The notes below the pieces were generated by a model. The model worked only from the letters and a program-made list of their open reading frames with translations. It was not told the DNA's origin and searched no databases. Below, one piece after another: positions 59,090-64,000 of a stretch of 64,000 bases of DNA. The translations under genes were made by a program, and so were the position numbers. Source of the DNA: Eledone cirrhosa (lineage: Eukaryota); NCBI GenBank assembly GCA_964016885.1, contig OZ024745.1:72726001-72790000 (forward strand), written 5' to 3'. The stretch's first letter is position 1; each line of letters begins with the position of its first letter.

Positions 59090-60240
59090 TAAAATTCACC
59101 CTCAGGATACAATCACCTTCAAATGCCCAGTGGACTCGGTAGAAGTGGTAGATAGTTTCTGCTACCTGGGTGACCAAATCAGTAGTGGGTGAGGGTGTTC
59201 TGAAAACATAGTAACCAGAGTGAGATCGGGTTGGAGAAAGTTCAGAGAGCTACTACCACTGCTAACTACAAAATGATTTTTCCTCAAAATCAAAGGCAGA
59301 CTGTATGATCCATGTATAAGACAGCAATGTTACACAGCAGCGAAACCTAGGCACTGTGTACTGAGGACCTGCAAAGATTGGAAAGAGATGAAGCCCCCAT
59401 GCTTTGATGAATGTGCAATAACAATATACGTGAATGGCAAAGTATAAATGTACTGTGTGAAAAAATTACGCATAAGAAGGATATGTTGTTGTGTGCAGGA
59501 GAGGAGATTGCGTAGGTATGGATATGTGATGCATATAAAGAATGACAGCTGTATAAAAAGGTGGAGAGCGCTAAAAGTTGGTGATAGCCATGGAGTGGAC
59601 AGGCCTAGGAAGACTTGGGATGAGGTAATAAAAGCTGACCACAATTACACCTCACTAAGGCGATGACACAGGTCCATGACTCTGGCGCTATGCAGTACTA
59701 CAGAAGACCCGCCCTCCCATATGCTTGAGCTGAGGCATATATCTAATAGCCCAAACCGTTCCCTATCACCTCCCCTTTGCTGTAATCCATCCCTCCCCTA
59801 TTACCTACGTCCTCAATTTCCTCAAGCTTCTTCCTCCACCCTCCCTAGTTCCCATCCCTCACCATGAAATGGCCCATCCAACACTGTATAGTGGTTTTGT
59901 ATGCGTCAAGACAAAACACCCAGTCCACACTGTAATGTGGTCACATAGGAGTCATGACAAAAAGTGCCCAGTCTACACTGTAAAGTGGATGTGTCGGCAA
60001 CATGACAATAAGTGCCCAGTCCACACTGTAAAGTGGTCATGTAGGTGACACAACAATAAGCACCCAGCACACTGTAAATGTGGTTAGCATTAAGAAGGGC
60101 ATCCAGCTGTAGAAACCAAGCAAAAATCAGCCATGGGTGAGCGAAACATGGTCCTCTAACCTGATTCTCTCCCAAAGGACCAGCCCGTCCTAGTAATGTT
60201 AGCATGGAAAATAGACGTTAAACGATGTTAATGATGATAT
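59090..60240 (+). pseudogene. Older copy of the same RTE 3' end, with about 4.5 tandem 48-bp units in its 3' UTR (59871-60083)
   Basis: VQERRLRRYGYV...RPRKTWDEVIKAD. Repeated unit cccagtccacactgtaaagtgg... Confidence 0.82.
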
Positions 60241-60329
60241 AGGGAAAGTTCCTGACAACTAATTGCTTGAATAATCTCAGTTGATTCATGTTTTTCAACT
60301 CACTATATTCTATATTACATATACAACAA

Positions 60330-61730
60330 CAATAACTAGCAATTTAAGGTCATCTCTTGTGGATCCCATGACAAGCTTCTCTATTTTTCCCTTTCATCTA
60401 CACACCCCCTCACCAACTCCCTGGATTTCATTTCTTCCTCTATCAGCTTTAGCCATATCTAGGTCTTCTCTTTCCAAATTCATTTCCATCACTCTCACTT
60501 TCATTCTTCCTTAACACATAAGCCAACCATCTTATTCCATTTCTGTTCACAACATTCATCATTGGCTCTATTCCCATCATCCTCTGTAATTCATTGTCTG
60601 TCTTCCTCTCTATCAGTGATACTCCACTCATCCACCAGACCATTCTCAATTCTGTTCTTTACACCCTTCTGTGTTGCTCCATGTTCCTCACCCATGTCTC
60701 ACACCCATAAAACATGACACTTTTCACACAGCATAAACCTTTCTCTTCAGTTTCAGCAACACTCCCCTCTTCATTAGCATACCACTGAAACTTCCTCCAT
60801 GCACATCTCATTATGGATGTTGTTGCAGAGTTTGATCAACCCTCTCTATTCAACATGTCCTCAAGATAAAAAAAAACATATCCACACTTTCCATATTCAC
60901 ACCATTCCCAAGATCTAGCTCAATATCCTCTCCATGAGTAGCTCCCTCCATACAGTTGACACTTAAATATAGCTGCCACATTATTTAATGATCCCTTCAC
61001 ACCACTACATTTTACCTAGTATATATCAAACATTTAATAGAGTTCACTCTATCAACCTTCCTGCACATGGTCATCTCACCAAAATCTATACCACTTGCCA
61101 TTACCTTTGTCTTTTTAATATTCACCTTCATACCTTTTGCCTCCATACATTCATCATCTTCTTCAATTCATCCATACTCTCTGCTATTAACACCAAGTCA
61201 TCTACATACAGTAAGTCCTATGGTAAACCCTCCTAATACTTTCATTCCATCTTCCAATAGTTTAAAGCAGAGCTTCTCAGAGTGGGCGATACTGCCATGA
61301 GGCGGGGGCAATGGCCCAAAATGTTTGAGAACCTCTGGCTTAAAGTCTTCTTTCACCATCAACTAACAGATCTGTCATTCTCTTTACACCCTAACTTCCC
61401 ACTACTTTTCACATATCTCCCACAACCCCTTACAGCACTCCTATCCTGCCACTCTTTATCTTTCTCAATGCTTTCTCAACTATCTCCTCCACCAGTCTAA
61501 CTGAATTGCTCTCTATGTTGCCATCCCATTTATTCTCCATATTCAACAATCTCTCATATCTCTTTCACCTTTCTTAAATTTCATTTAAGTCTACAACAAT
61601 TTCTCCCACTTCATTCTTCTAGCCATTCCTTTTGCTGACCCTATTCTGAATCCATTAATTCCCTGAACATTTTTAATATGGCACCTGTGGTCCTTGCCAC
61701 ATCTTTCTATGGAGCGCCCTGGCTTCCTTT
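60330..61730 (-). pseudogene. Decayed RTE fragment
   Basis: RT C-terminal remnants homologous to 49865-50832. Confidence 0.7.
61268..61337. mobile_element. 70-bp hAT-like miniature element
   Basis: 12-bp TIRs cagagcttctca/tgagaacctctg (1 mismatch) and 8-bp TSD gtttaaag/gcttaaag. Confidence 0.75.
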
Positions 61731-62396
61731 CAACTTTAATAAGCCACCTCTTCTACTATCATACCATACTGCATATGTGAGACATATTGTTAGTAATGTA
61801 TTCACAGGCCTAACATTTTTTTCATTTGTTTATAGTTTCATACACAACACTGATTGAAGACTGTGCCTATAATGATAACCTTTAACAAACAAACTGATAA
61901 GTAACTGACAAGAATGTTTTTCAAGACATGCTCAATATCAATCTAAAGCAACAATGTAATAAGATGTGAATGAAGTGTTATTAATTATAACTGTTCATTA
62001 AAGAAATACTGATACATATTTATACAAAAGTGTAGTTCTTAAAATACAAATAGCTCCTATTAAATCAAAATGGGTATGGATTATAGTTACATTAATAAAT
62101 CTTTGTTTTATCAGGTAAATTTCAATATTTTTGATTTAAAACTCCAGATCAATTAAGATGCAAGATAGACCTTCTTAAAGCTTTAATGAACATAAAAAAA
62201 AAATTTATTTTCTACTAAAAAAAACATACACTAACACACAATATCACATTTGAACTGTTGAAACAGTGATTAGCAGGAAAACAATTGCCCCTAACCCACA
62301 AAAGGATAGAAAGGAATACAACTTAAACAAGTTGTTCTAACATTTTAATAAATTAGATTTGGAAAACTAAATTAAACAATAATGTAACAAACTTAC

Positions 62397-62520
62397 CTTA
62401 GAACACAATCAGCTAGATCAGTTAAACAAACTGTATAAGTAAATGTTTTACGTTTGAGCCAAGTAACTGTAATATTTCTTTCAATAGGATCCATTTTAAC
62501 ATCAGAAACTTGATTAGGAA
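62397..62520 (-). CDS. Host gene exon (first in window): N-terminal half of an FN3 domain
   Basis: Minus strand ttttcag|TTCCTAATCAA...GTTCTAAG|gtaag, 124 nt, phase 1 to 2. Translates (x)PNQVSDVKMDPIERNITVTWLKRKTFTYTVCLTDLADCVL(R), with the FN3 B-strand Trp and C-strand Tyr. Joins 55329-55444 in frame. Confidence 0.85.
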
Positions 62521-62749
62521 CTGAAAATAAACAAAGTACAGTAAATTATTTTAATAATATAAAGATTGGCTGAGTATTTTTGACAAGGTACTGTTAAATT
62601 ATATGATCCCTAATGATGTTTTAGAAACATTCAAATATCAATTCAATCAAACATAAATATTCCTTCCAGTCACATTACAATGGTTCAAATTAGAGTTTCA
62701 GATAGAATTAAATGTCTCCTAGTAAAAATATAAAACAAAATTGAAATAA

Positions 62750-63605
62750 TTCAGCCTCATGCCTTCCACCACTTGCAAATATGGCCCCGAGATACTTGAA
62801 CTTCTCTACCCTCTTCAGTGGAACTCCATTCATATGTAGAGTGCACTGCACAGGCTTCCTAGAGAGGACAACTGTCTCAGTTTTCACGGCACTGATTTTC
62901 ATTCCAGCCATGCAACACTCAGCATCAAACCTATCAAGGGCAGATCTGAGATCATCATCTGTTGAGCTAAGTAACACCATGTCATCTACAGATTCCAGCC
63001 AACTCATTTTACACCTGCCAGTCATGATACCACTACAAATAATAATGAACAGGAGAGGTGGCAGTACACACTCTTGACAGAGTCTGACTCCCACATTGAA
63101 TGGTTTTAATTTAGCACCATTTATCCAAACACAAAAACTCAAGCATTCATATAGAGACATCAGGGCAGCAAGAAGTTGACCATCAATCCCATACTCCTAC
63201 ACAACCTTCCACAGCAGATCTCAAAGAACACGGTTATATGCCTCTTCAAGATCGACAAAACAACAATACACTTCTTAGCAATACTCCCACAATTTCTTGA
63301 ATACCTGCTACAGTGTCAATATTTGGTCAGCTGAGCTGCGTCAGAGGCGAAAAACCACACTTATCATCTAGCTTCAACTCAACAATCCCCCTGCATCTCT
63401 TTGCCAGACACTTAGCATAGACTTTACCAGGGAGGCTTAACAAAGAGATCCCTCTGTAATTGGAACAATCTCTCTTGTCTCCCTTTCTGAAAATTGGGAT
63501 TATCATTCCTGATTGCCATTGCTTAGGTGACTTTCTAGATTCAGGCCATCCGGCACACACAAGTCAGCCAGAGATTACCTTCTCTATTAAAGGCTTTTAA
63601 CATGG
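62750..63605 (-). pseudogene. Decayed RTE RT fragment
   Basis: IPIFRKGDKRDCSNYRGISLLSLPGKVY, QECVLPPLLF, VDD and VEKFKYLG. Confidence 0.82.
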
Positions 63606-64000
63606 ATACATGGATACATTGAAGCTCCGACGTCTAGCAACTGACTTGGTAAACACCCACAAAATTATTAACCATCATGCCAACAACAACTCTGAGTGCC
63701 TTTTTGATTTCCATGTGTCTAACACACGTGGGCATGCCCACAAAGTCAGAAAACAGCACAGCTCCCATGACTTTCGGAAACATTTTTTCACGCTCAGAGT
63801 TGCTGAAGCATGGAACAAACTACCTGCATCAGTTATTAGCTGTCAAGACACTGCATCCATTAAAACCTCCATACGCACGCACACATGTATATCATGACTC
63901 GTACACTATTCACTTCCCTGACATTTGTATATTATTCTATGTACTATACATGCACCTTTGATAAGTTGTAGTGCACCTGAGCACTGTACACAATAATGTC
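63606..64000 (+). mobile_element. CR1-type LINE 3' end
   Basis: LKLRRLATDL...TRGHAHKV...RKHFFTLRVAEAWNKLP. Confidence 0.82.

Noticed and set aside
59871-60083. CRISPR-like repeat/spacer appearance (also 30724-32392)
   Set aside because: The context is eukaryotic, the 'spacers' are themselves homologous or microsatellite, and there are no cas genes.

Overview
Eukaryotic, very AT-rich DNA, most likely a coleoid cephalopod (octopod). This is an inference from the SINE families, RTE LINEs and huge (TA)n/(TATG)n tracts. The whole window lies inside one minus-strand host gene: six phase-compatible GT-AG exons (62397-62520, 55329-55444, 54644-54910, 49309-49439, 4097-4174, 442-505) splice into three fibronectin type III domains, probably the ectodomain of a receptor-type tyrosine phosphatase or similar surface protein. 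One intron (4175-49308, about 45 kb) holds a roughly 40-kb nest of retroelements inserted into TA microsatellites. The nest contains two fold-back Penelope-like elements (PLEs, arms about 3.6 kb and 0.85 kb), about ten type I hammerhead ribozyme (HHR) motifs from several PLE-type families, a 595-nt retrozyme-like repeat, an intact RTE LINE ORF ending in three C2H2 fingers, CR1-type LINEs and SINEs. The most striking observation is a PLE copy (40831-42616) that differs from its relative (25099-26811) by dense, one-directional A-to-G changes. That is the pattern expected if an ADAR-hyperedited RNA had been reverse-transcribed into the genome. Nearly all long Tyr/Ile ORFs in the ORF track are microsatellite artefacts. 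All alignments and counts were done by eye.
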